A stretch of 36,832 nt of DNA, from NCBI RefSeq assembly GCF_001186125.1, contig NW_014040348.1, positions 43,690 to 80,521 on the forward strand, in the 5' to 3' direction. Shown here piece after piece: positions 14,501 to 26,520 of this stretch. The translations under genes and the position numbers were made by a program. The notes under the pieces are model-generated. The model saw nothing but the letters and a program-made list of their open reading frames with translations, did not search any database and was not told the origin of the DNA. This DNA comes from Sphaeroforma arctica JP610 (Eukaryota). How positions within the stretch are numbered: position 1 is the first letter of the stretch; each line of letters opens with the position of its first letter.

Positions 14501-17500
14501 GATTTTCGCCAAGGCTTCCGCACGGTGCGACGCGTTCGCTGTTGGGCTCTCCGGCAGCTACGGCTACTACCTGTACACCCACCGACACCACTTCAATCGT
14601 GCGCTGGCGTTTCTCCAATGGTCCCTCGCGGACGACCCCGGTAGGTGCACTGACGTGTTGTGTAGGTGCAGTGTTGCGGTGCTGTATAGGTGCGTTCCGA
14701 TCAAGTCAATGACGGCGTTGGACGCGTAGAGTTATCCAGGAACGTAAGGGTGTTTGTGCAGGCATGCTGCAGAGTTTCGGGTGTCATGAGCGGCATGCGC
14801 GTTAGCGTTTACCACGACGTCAGTCTGTGGCAGAAATCAGTAGGAGATTCGGATATCCGGAATCTACAGAATTACCGCACCACGCGACCGATTGATTTGT
14901 ATGGACAGGGCATGGTTCAAGTATATATAGCAGATGGCCACATAGAACGGGCACTCATATTCTGTTCTGTGCACCGTGTCGCGTGAAGATCTCTGACTCG
15001 CACTGATGTCTGCCATGCTCCTATGTTTTCATCAGACGATCTGTCGAGCCTTTTTGTACTTGCGCATCTGGTCCACTTCCAACTCAGGTGTGTGTGTAAA
15101 TATACGTGTTCATGGCTGTTTTGGTATAAAATATCTCACTCGCTATAGTAATATTTCCTCTGAGGTCGAAGAAAATGCAAAGTGTATGCCACAACTTGCA
15201 AAGTATCTGTCGGTGTACTTCTGTTTTGGCATGGGCGTGCACTGTTGCCAGCCGCATAGTATTCAAACGAGGCGACCATTGAATTCCAAATGCCACTTTA
15301 TCACGTACCACCAGGGATTTGGATCAAGCCGAGCAATATTACACTGAAGTGATGGAGAGCTCCGAGACACCCTTTGCAGAGTGCTACATTAGACTAGCTA
15401 TGGTGCATTGGCAGAAATCTCAGTTTGAGAAGGCTCAGCAGACCTACGAATCGGCTCTCCTTGTAGTAGCTGACAAGGTGGGGCATTCGAGAACGCTTTC
15501 TTAAGGGATATTTGAATATCACATGTTCCGTGATCACACCGCATATGTATTGGTGAAAATATCTGTACCTTCGATAAGAATGCTAGACGGTTTATTTGAG
15601 TCACCACCGTTATATGGCCGAAATGAGTGCTGCGCTGTAACTTGTAGGTGGTTTGCAGCCTGGTAGTCGCATTGTCGTGAAGTGTAAGTGTCCTTGTATA
15701 ACATGAGATATTGGGCAGATTTATATATATCAAAGTTACACACAATATTGTTATATTGCCGCCTCAAATCATCTGTATGGCAAACCTCTCTTCATTCCAA
15801 ATGCAATGCTGCAGGACCGAAGTCGGGTCCTCAATCACTATGCGAATTTTCAAATAGTACTCCGAGACTACGATGAAGCCATCACCATAGCCAGCAAAGT
15901 AGGTCCGATGTTTGTATGCCTAATTATGATTTGTTTCTCATTTCTGTAAGATATTCTGATTGTTTCCGTGCCGACTTCCCGTATGGGATAGGCAAATTGG
16001 AAATCGAGACAAACATGCATATTTCTTTTACTAAAGGAGGTGTTAGCATTGGTTGTTAGGTGGTGATGTATCGTCTTAACATGTACTTTGATACAACGTA
16101 GATCGAGGAAAACAATTGGACTGCACATTGCACATGTAGTCTCCTCGAGGTGTTTTAAATGGCCTTGTTGTCTGCTGTTAAAGGTGTTGCACGTATGTTA
16201 AGGAAACAAAAATCCTGGATAGTTAGGTATACGCTTATTATCAGTACCCTCAGGAACGACTAAGAACGAGGTTCAACTGGTTTTATAAACTATCAGGCGC
16301 ATATTGCCCTGCGATATATTGATCTGAGTAAGTTGCTAAGCAGTTGCGGCCCCCTTTAAGTTGTAAGCTCCTTGCACTACGTATACGCCGCACAGCTCAA
16401 ATCCGCGAACTCACCAACAGGTGGTACATGCTGAGCCAGAGAACATCCACGCCGTTGGCACCCTGGCATTGCTGCTATTGCTGGTATGCAGAGCTACTAG
16501 TTTTTTTCTCATCGTAATCGACTGGTATCGACTCGTGACAAGTAGTAAGTTGCATGATGGACCCGTTTGCATGAAGTAAAGTATAAACTGTTCTGTCGAG
16601 TTCTTAGCTGATAGTTTAAGACAGTGTACTTATCGAAGACAATGTACTTATCGTCCCCCCCCCCCCTCCCCCGGACTTCAGTACAAGAATAAACCACCGG
16701 AAGCAAGGACACTCTTCAGATCAGTGTTGCCTCTGGTCACACGCACCGGACCGCACATCTATGGCGTCTTGCTTGTCTATAGCTACGCGATGTTCTGTGC
16801 ACTTACAGGCTGCCAGGAGGAGGCGAAGGTATGTTGTCCAAAGGCGTTGTGTAGACATACTTGGCTTCTAAACGGCGCGTTCATTATATATTGTTGTACT
16901 GGTCAGTCGATGAGTATTGTGGGTGCGAGGGTACTTGCTCGTGGAACACCATCCGGTCGGTGGTCAAGAGTTATCGGGTGACGAGGCGCTTGATGTTGAT
17001 ATTATGGTAAATGCAATATCAGTATAGCCTCCAAACTGGTTTTAGGATGTAGGCGAACGTGTTTACACCACCATACCCAACATCACACGTATTGAATTCA
17101 GTGTACACCTGTGTGTACCTGGTGGAATACATATACGTAGGTGCATCGCTTGTATGTCAAGACTCAATAAGGAAACTCAATGTGATTGGGATTAATAAGT
17201 GTGCGGTCTGCATGCTCTCCTTCAGGTTATACAGCAGAGCCTGCATTGATTTCGACGGGTCTTTTTTTCCACCCAAGTTATAGCCAGTACCTAGACTTAC
17301 ATAGGGTGGATACATATCTGCAGTATGTACTATGTGCCGAGTTAGACAGGATGGAGTAATTGTATCTCCACGTTTCGATACGCAGATGTACTGGCGGAGG
17401 GCTGAGGAGTTGGACGTTTTCCCGGATACGTTTGAGTTCATCGAGACATACTATCTGCAAGGTATGGCACAAGCCCTCCCTCAAATGCCCTACACCGCTG

Positions 17501-18514
17501 CAAACATGCGTGCGTTCAGTGCCTTTCAGGAGGACATGGGGTCTGTATAGGAGCTGACGATGGCCGCTAATGATATGCTGGTAAGGAATGTTTGTAATAT
17601 GAGACCGACTGATGGATAGACTATTGAGTAGTCCAAGGTCCACGTTATGAAGTAATGTTATCATGAAGTATTCACCAAGTTTCACCTTGATACGAACCGA
17701 CAATCGGAGCACGATTGATCATGGGAAAGAGCGCGAGGAACGAAGCGCATTGGAATGGACACGGCCTGGAGTGTGTTTTAGCACATCGCATGGTATGAAG
17801 TGAAGTAGGAACGCACAAGATAGCTGGTCCTCCTGTGTCAGCTCGTTGAACGAAAGGTATAACAGGAAAACACAAAGTATATTTAGTCCTTATTTGCCAG
17901 CGTGTTGGAAGAAAGTTGTTACAGGAATACACAAATCAGATGGTTCGTTGTTGCAAGAAAGGTACTATAGAAAAACACGAGATAACTGGACCTATTCTTC
18001 AACGTGTTGGAATAAAGGTATAACAGGAAAAAAAAAGATAACTGGTCCTATTTGTCAGCGTGTTATAGTAAAGGTATTAGAGAGCCCCAGATAGCTGGCC
18101 TTTGCCTGCCAGTGTGTTGGATGAAAGGTATAACAACGAAACACAAGATAGCTGGTCCTATCTAAATTGATATGACATGACCACCGACAATCTCGCAACC
18201 ATAAGCAGACCTGCTAATGTCTAGTACCATCACAGCAGTCATCCCTTACACACACCTACTTCCTGACAATTCTGATGAATATACACCCTCATACAGACAT
18301 GCACCTGTCATGCACATACCATAGCCATGCCCAGCAGTTATCAGCATGTTTTAGCTCGTACAACCAGCTTCTTTGTGACATGTCTCTGATGGATATGGAC
18401 GAGATTGCAGCAAAATCCGATTGCACATGGCGCACTTCTAATAGACTGCCACGACTTGTTGAATACAGTAATATGATACTCAAAGTGATGCTTTATGGAA
18501 GCATAAGATATTAA
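10598..18514 (+). CDS. Multi-exon F-box plus TPR-like repeat protein (partial model, possibly pseudogenised)
   Basis: Exon 11589-11758 (LDPETRLKCGSVCTAWQRLSRQSDGGYWR) fits the F-box consensus LD...L.C..VC+.W..L....W, and an upstream piece ending HIMSF-AG|gt at 10666 joins in phase. TPR-like exons occur at about 14433-14640 (HFNRALAFLQWSLADDP), 15316-15477 (DQAEQYYTEVM...AECYIRLAMVHWQKSQFEKAQQTYESAL) and 16421-16483 (VVHAEPENIHAVGTLALLL). Further exons are near 12284, 17350-17580 (in-frame TAG at 17548-17550) and 18355-18514. That all exons belong to one gene is inferred. Confidence 0.55.
11295..11532. repeat. (TA)n/(CA)n microsatellite with small N gaps, intronic
   Basis: Directly visible. 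Confidence 0.95.
13160..13948. repeat. Minisatellite, about 11.5 copies of a 68/71-bp unit, intronic
   Basis: The anchor actgtattac (or a one-base variant) recurs at 13183, 13251, 13319, 13390, 13461, 13532, 13603, 13671, 13742, 13813 and 13884. Confidence 0.97.
17814..18160. repeat. Degenerate tandem repeat, about 55-bp unit, about 6 copies, intronic
   Basis: Recurring cacaagatagctggtcct...cgtgttgga...aaaggtataacaggaaa motifs. Confidence 0.8.
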
Positions 18515-18813
18515 TGTTTTTTTAAAAATTTTGCTTCAGCAATAGACACTGAAATGATCTTTTGTGGACGCACAAGGCATTAAATTGACCTATTTCTATA
18601 TTATATCGTTTCCATTATTGATTCAAAACTATCATAACGTGGACCACAGCATATTAAAAATAAGTCGAACTATGAATTGTGGTATAAGCCAAGTCAAATA
18701 TTCTATTTATTTTAAATTTGAACTACGATTTCAACACGGGACAACCATCGCGTACCGTGCCAGTCCATAAAAATTGCTACCGAGTTACCGGGTTTAGCCA
18801 ATTATATCTAATA

Positions 18814-21800
18814 TTAAAGCCTGCTATGACTAACGAACGAGCTTCGAAACGCCTCCGACCCAGTTTGGGAATAATTATTACTGGCCGAGTTAATCGAGTC
18901 GCCCTTCAAACTGTCAGTACCAGAGTCCGGTTGGATTCGCGCCTTGAGCGCCCACCTGTAGATGTACATACCAACAACGCACCAGACGGCCAGGGAGATC
19001 AGACCAGCTGTCACACCCCACACAATGGTCGCCGTTGTGGACTGGGGAATTATCACGAGCAGCACAAAGAGGTACAGGTACAGCAAGGTCAATCTGTCAA
19101 GGTGGTATGCAAAGGCGAAGGATCAGACTCGAGCAATGTGAATTGCGATAGGCAATAGAATCAACATTCGACGATGTGCATACAGTAATTTTATGAAGTA
19201 GATATGACTGAGAGCGGAGTAGATATTCTCTCTCAAAGCGATCGTTTACGGCTAATACAGATTCCCAATTAACTTGGCGTAGTGGCAGCAGCGGTGGATG
19301 CTACATGACAGGGTGAAGCAGGCGAGACGTTGTACAAACTTAAACATAGCGCAACAATAAAGAGATGACACAAGCTACTATCAGCAACACCACGGCCTCG
19401 CATGTTCCGACTCGTCCTATTATATATATAACTCGGCAAGGCTTCAACGAATACAAATGTGAGCTAATGTAGACGAGGTCACATACGTTAATCCCACCAC
19501 TCGATCCATGCACCGCACTTTCCAGCAGGTCCACTCCTTGTAGGGGTCAGCATCGAGATGTCGCCAATAGCAGTAACTCAATATCGCGTGGATCATCACA
19601 CAGCCGCCGAGACAGATGGTCAGGATAGAGACTGCGTCAACCACGGTGATCTGTACATCATGATAGATAGTAATTGGGGGAAGGATTAACATTTCTTGAA
19701 CCCCCAAGGGGACCAATATGAATACGATTACGATAAATAGAGAAGAATACTGGAACGCCCATGTACTGGATGATCGTCTTTCTTAATCTGGTCTCGATTG
19801 CATGGCCGTATGTCAGATGGGAAGATTATACCCATAGGCTTTGTAGACTTCGAATACAGCACTAAACTAGTCGGAATTAAGTGACAAGCTACATGAACTT
19901 AGAACTAGTAGCGAGGACACTCGACCGACGTTCGATAAGAAAAAAAACAGTTGCTATACGCGCTCAGGTCGTTTGCAAAGTCCGATGAAATCGTTTGAGG
20001 AGAATAAGACTTCAGACATAGATAGTTAGCAATAAATACTAACAAGCACATGTATGTCCAAATAATGCTCACCTGCTTCTCACTACCAGCGATAGCGATG
20101 AGGTTCAAAGACCTAGGTTCGAGGGAAACAAAGATGGCCAGAGCCCCGAATCCAACACGCACAGACACTTGCGTAACGGCGTCATCGTCTATAATGAGTG
20201 TCAATGCTGTCATGATACCAATCAGAGCCATGGGGAACAAGTTGTACCGCGACACAATGGCGCTCCACCGAGAGAAGTTTATGTTGGCTGTGACTGCCTG
20301 GACACCGTACTTGTGCGATCGGGCAAGAACCTGTGGCATTGCCATTGCAAAAGTGGTCGCGAATAAAAGTGACTCGTGAGACAGGTAGGTGGTGTGTGCT
20401 GACACAGCCGTTCGCTGCTATAAGACATGCACCGCTGTGAGTGGTTGTATATACATTCGACTACATGAGGTATGCAGTCAAATGATAAAACCGCTCGGGC
20501 CAAACGACGCGTACAGCACAGGATGCGGCATCAGAAACGTTAAGTACACACAGCAATGGAACGTTAAGTACACACAGCAATAGATGATAAAATGCGCGGG
20601 AGCTCCTATAGACCGTGAGGTGCAAGACAACAACGAACTCGCTCTACGCAGCGCTTCAACATGCTTCTATGTCGAAACAGAATGGTTGAGGCCAACAGGC
20701 TAAACTATCGATCATGGTAAGTATCATTATGAAGCGAGGTCATAATGATACGTACCATGTAATAATGAAATGTTTCATATACAGCGCACATCTCTAGAGC
20801 CCATCACATACGTCTTGGTACTGGCCCGACTTCATTAGATAGCTCAGAGCTGTACTGTTCTTCTCAGACGTAGTGCTGGCCATACCCCACCCCGACAAGT
20901 CCATTCGGTCGATAGAGTACTTCAGGCTACCCTCAGTTGTGGGAATATTGGATTGGTAATCGTTGAACTTCACCTAAAGCACAAAACAGGCCAAAAATAA
21001 TTAGGTCCCGAATAGTTCAGCTGATTGCTAGCCTAGGTCCAGAATCCAGAGTGAGACGATGAGAAACCCACCAGATCCTCCCGGAGGCAGCATTCGGGTT
21101 GAAGATCGGCATGAATATCAGTGCAATGAAACGGCCATTATAGATACGATAGAAAACAAAACAAAACAAAAAAATGTTGAACATTGCACCCAGCCTCAGC
21201 CTGGGTTATGACCTTAAAGTCACACACAGCTTGTACATGTGCAGTGCATGCACGCATGCATCCTTCATTTACCAGCATTGTACCCATGGTATATGCATGG
21301 GAGAATCCTCTTAGCATTAGCATGCACAATGCACGCGCAAAGTGAAAAAAAAATTGATCAGCTACGGGAGATGGGCAAACGACAAGAGTACATACCACGG
21401 GAGGCGTAGGCCTGTGCTCTACCCACCAATCTGGGTCGGTGGAACGGAACGGGTTGACCAAATACAAAGCCAGTTCCACGTTGTGGCTATCGAATGGGAA
21501 ATCAGCGACGTCCAACCCGCTGCCGATCCGGTAGGTGGCATCGATGCGCTGTGAGTGTATTGTTTAAGTCAATATGGACAGATAATGGACTACGAGAGCA
21601 AACATGTCAAGGAGCCATCGCAGCCGAGCTGGCATGAGACAGTAGAATATTGGCAGATATCTAAAGGACGCCGTGCGCAAAGTTGTACTTCGAAGTGAAG
21701 CGGGCCGGAAAAGGGCAAAGGCAGTAAGTATGATTGAGCGATCAAACCAAAATTGAAGGTAGCCTATACTACTGACCAATTAAGCTTGACACAGCATTGA

Positions 21801-24800
21801 ATTCCGCAACTTTGGTTGAACAATAGTGGCATCCGTTAAGTTTAGACCAAGTTCTTGTACTCGCTGAAATAAGAGTGTAATTGCAGTACTGCGTACGCAC
21901 ATGCAAAACACATCTCACCTGAGACGCCTGAACCCAACACTCATCGAAACTAGGACAGTCGACGAAGGAGGCAAATTCCTCCAAACTACCGGCGCACTCT
22001 TCTCCAGGGTTGCAACAGCCCACATCCTGAGAAAAGGGAACATGACGAAATCGAACTGTATTTTTAGAGCTTGCAGCATGAGCTAGAATTGAGTTAGTTT
22101 TGTGCGCTATAGCACAGGTCACAGACATGAATGGAATTGGCGGGATGGTACATAGCGGTAGGTATCAGCAACCGTCCATCGCTTAAACTGATAGGAGCAT
22201 TGCCCAAAACAGGCACACACGCCAACAATAGAGTAACCACAGAGCAATACTAAATGCAGTCGGGACCTACATACCTGTCCGTTGGCCTGGAGATCAGCAT
22301 CCTGCGCATTGCACTGGGGTGGACTCACATAGATGCGCTGGTCTAAAATCAGCTTTTCTATGGATATAACGGGCAGGGGAAGTAGGTCTCTGTCGGTCAT
22401 GGTGGCCGACATCCCAAACTCAGGTCGCCACACAGCCTGTCAGATAGATAAGAGTTGATTAACCCTCAGAAAGCGTTGACATTTGGATAGTCATCGATAT
22501 GTATGTGAAACGTACGGGATCTACAACTAGATACCGCGAGACCAACGTAGGTAGCTAGCACAACCACGTGCAAATTCAAAACCGAATCGTTTGGGAATCA
22601 AGTGCACGCCTACTGCGCGCCACGGGCTAAACATTTAAACCATCATTGCATGTTCATTCTGTTATATGTGCATTGCAATCTCTGCGGCCGAAACAGACGC
22701 TGCATTCTCCTGGCGGGCGGGCAATGCAGACGTGCGTGTACACAAACGACAAGATATCTTGCTGGCGTGATTCCATGCAGACTTCTACCAACGGATAGCC
22801 AGTCATTATATTGTACGATACACACACACGACAATCAATCACTACACAACCCTCGTACGACTTACGCAGACAGCGACCAATCACTACACAGCACTTGTAT
22901 GATATACATACAACGACAGTTCAATACACAGCAGTTGTACACCATACACTCACAATAATCACCGCTTCATTCGAAGCTAAGACACCCCACCAAAGGCATC
23001 ACAAAGGATTGTATAGACATACACACAACGACCAATCAATACACATCACTTGTACACCATACACACACACAACAACCACCGCTTCATTCGAAGCTGAGAG
23101 CTGAGACACCCCACCAAAGGCATCACAAAGGATTGTATAGACATACACACAACGACCAATCAATACACATCACTTGTACACCATACACACACGACAACCA
23201 CCGGAGAGCTGAGATACCCCACCAAAGGCATCACAAAGGATTGTATAGACATACACACAACGATCCATCAATACACAGCGCTTGTACACCATGCAGACAC
23301 AACAACCACCGCCTCATTCGAAGCTGAGACACCCACCAAAGGCATCACAAAGGATTGTTCTCTATGTAATAGCGGATAGTATTGGTCATCTGACCCCTGG
23401 TCAATTTGCATACCTCGATATCTCGCACTAAACTATAAAATAAGCGTGGGTCCTTCCATTTTGCAGCGTAGACCATTGATACGGTAAACGTATCTTCCGA
23501 GATTTCAAACTTCAACACCTCCACCATAGCGCTGACTACGTGCACCTGATATGAGTCAATGAAAGTTGATTGGAATGATTGAGCAACGCTTAAAACGTTT
23601 TTACGTATTCCAGCCATCGCGGTTTTTCGCATGCTGCACACCATCCCAGAAGTGACCAGACGTACGCTTTGACACACTGCAGATTACACGCGAAGCTGTA
23701 ACACGCGTAGTGTGTAGATTGTGCTGAATCATCTGTCACATTGGCACATCGTGATAAACCTCCTAGTCAAATGCATGAGATGTTAATGAACAAATTGGTC
23801 GCCAGGATCGACGCAAACAGACGAAACAGCAATCCAACCCATCCAACACTTTGAAACCACCTGCCATCTGATGCTGTACTCCCATTCTTCGCAAACCTAG
23901 ACAACAGTCTACGTACACGTACAGCACCTCTATAGGCAATAGCTACATACTAAGCTATACACAGCACCATGAGCTACTTAGAAATTCATGAGAGTTGGCG
24001 CAAAGCAGCTTACCTCCAGTGGATTTGTACAGTCACGTGGGTCTGTGCAATTGGCTACTGAGAAATCTCTGTCGAATGGGGGGACCCAACGCGGAGCTGC
24101 ATCGTAACAGTCCGTCATCTCATCGTTGTTCCAGTCAAATCCTGTTTATTAAGTCGATATGATCCACGGTAAGTTTGGTAACCTTATACATAAGACTAGA
24201 CAACATAATAAGTAGGTCTTCATGTCTTAGAATTATACCCTATCGAGCACTATAGTGTTCAGATCCCAAGGGGTTATGCAGAGCAGGTAAGCGTGCACTG
24301 CGAGGGTATTCGGATATGTGTAATCTTAGACACAAGTGCAAGCTTGGTTGGGAGGATTCACTAAGGATGCTTTGAGAGTATGTTGCAGAGTGCGAGTGTT
24401 CGTGTACCAGTAGATAAATCATACACGAATAGATGCATGTGAGCGTATATATGAATACACAAAATCTATGATATGTAGACGGAGTGATACTTACGAAGAT
24501 AGCCGAACCACGGGCAAGCACACATGTGCGAAGATACACGCACGTAAAGCTAAGCACACACAAAACTATCTCTACAGCGAAAGATATCAACATACGTAAG
24601 GAGCCAGACATTTAAATTTAAAAATAAAACAAGAAACGACAAAAATTGTGGTGAAAATAGGTGCAGAACTCTGTACCCAGGAACTCATATACGAAAACAA
24701 AGCAAGGGTAATACGCTGCATGCTTGCTGAAATATGACGTGAACGTGTACATGGAAATACAACAACAGATACTTAGCACTTCAAATACAAGAGAGATTAC

Positions 24801-25541
24801 TGTAGTTGTATACTAGAAAAGTACAATATAAGAGTTTGATATAGCTAAAGATTATAATGGTATGTTTTCGAGGCCTTATGTTTTCGAGGCCTTATACGTA
24901 TCTATATAAATGCGTACAAAAAGTGCACACATTATACACATAAATATACAAAATGTAAATCTTCAGCTAATTGTGAATAGATCTTGAAGGCTAAGAAATT
25001 TGATTACATATTTATAAGTGAACAAAGATAGACAAATACAAACAAATACACATGATGACGAATAAAACACACATACATACTCAAGTTTATGTATAAACAC
25101 GCAAGATAAAAATACTTTGCGACCAATAAGATTCCACACTCAAACGCTCCTACACACGCACACAGTGAATCTATATGTACATTTCGAGAATGTAGATGAG
25201 CGTGTTTATGCTATTACCAGAAACTAGATACTTTGAGTTGATATTAGACAACGGTATATAATTCTGTATTCGGACATGGCGAGGTACGTGATATATGGAA
25301 ACTATAGACAATAATTTTAGACTTTTAGGTGAAGAATACATATGAAAATCTGTATATACTCAGATGCATAAAAAAATGGAATGTGAGATACACGCAAAAG
25401 TATAAAATATCAAATATGTAAATAAATGAAACGCAATACGCACACCCATATATATACATATATGTATACACATACACAAATATATACATATACATATATG
25501 TATACACACATACACACACACACATATATATATATATATAG

Positions 25542-25574
<33 letters not shown>

Positions 25575-25649
25575 TATAGTANATATATATATATATATAT
25601 ATATATATATANNNNNNNNNNNNNNNNNNNNATAAATAAGTAAAACAAA

Positions 25650-25694
<45 letters not shown>

Positions 25695-26496
25695 CTATCC
25701 GCATCTGCTGATTCCTGTAATTTACAAACACAGAAACCATCCTACAACATACTATACACTTACCGTTTCCAACACAGTATTCGGGCATACTCGTCCAAAC
25801 TCCCGGTTCCACACTCATTATTTGGTGGAGGCACACAGAGTCATCTACATCCTCGGAAAGTGTATTGCCGTCTCCGATATAATTACTCGCACGTGGATCT
25901 GAGCACACATTGCCCACAGTTTCGGGATCCGCATCACCCCCACCACCTTCTTCCATGACGTCCTCTGTTGCAAATAGTTTAAAAGGTACTATTAGGATTA
26001 GGGCATGGATTCTTCAAAATACAGGCATTTAGTCATAGTACAATCAGCATATCGGAGCACAATCAGCATATAAATGTACAGTATATGGCATTACTACATA
26101 ACCAGTAGAGACAATAACTGTACTCTCTGTGCAATGAAAGATACTGACTAAATGGCTCGATTATTCCGATAACCATCGTGCGTATGGATATATGCACTTG
26201 CCACATCACTTGAAGGGTCGTGTTCGGGGCCTCCTGCTCGGAATGCGACAACAATCTAAACTAGAATTCAGAACACAAATTTTAAACTGTTTCTTTTCAC
26301 ATACAACTTCAATAGCAATAGCATATTTTCAATTGCAAGATTGTTTGACAGTAATGTACACCTAAAATAGAAGACGCAAATTACACACGGGATCTTATTT
26401 GTGTGCGGCTACAGCAAACTTACGTATGTCTTGAAATTCTCGCTGTGCCGTCGCTGCTTGCGCACACAGGAGCGCTAAACCAACGAGCAGTTTCAT
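18814..26496 (-). CDS. Cys-less (Pro-loop) pentameric ligand-gated ion channel subunit, multi-exon; 3' region has stops and frameshifts (possible pseudogene)
   Basis: Phase-compatible GT-AG exons: 26496-26424 (signal peptide MKLLVGLALLCAQAATA), 25964-25764, 24141-24014 (...RWVPPF...NPLE), 23545-23414 (VHVVSAMVEV...FTVSMVYAAKWKDPRL), 22436-22275 (VWRPEF), 22026-21919, 21548-21396 (RIDATYRIGSGLDVADFPFDSHNVELAL), 20973-20812 (LSGW), and from 20330 (INFSRW; M1 YNLFPMALIGIMTALTLII; M2 VRVGFGALAIFVSL; M3 VSIIWTYMCLLVFIANYLCL). W.DPRL, W.P[DE] and FPFD followed by the pre-M1 Arg and M1 Pro occur in canonical pLGIC order. Confidence 0.85.
22940..23357. repeat. Tandem repeat, about 110-123-bp unit, about 3.5 copies, in a channel-gene intron
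   Basis: ccaccaaaggcatcacaaaggattg recurs near 22988, 23111, 23219 and 23333. Confidence 0.93.
25440..25691. repeat. (TA)n/(CA)n microsatellite with N gap, intronic
   Basis: Directly visible. Confidence 0.95.
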
Positions 26497-26507
26497 GCTG
26501 GCTGAGC

Positions 26508-26520
26508 TATTTATATATAA
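26508..26520 (-). promoter_or_regulatory. Candidate TATA box of the ion-channel gene
   Basis: Minus-strand TTATATATAAATA lies just upstream of the ATG at 26496. The spacing is very short, so the call is tentative. Confidence 0.3.
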
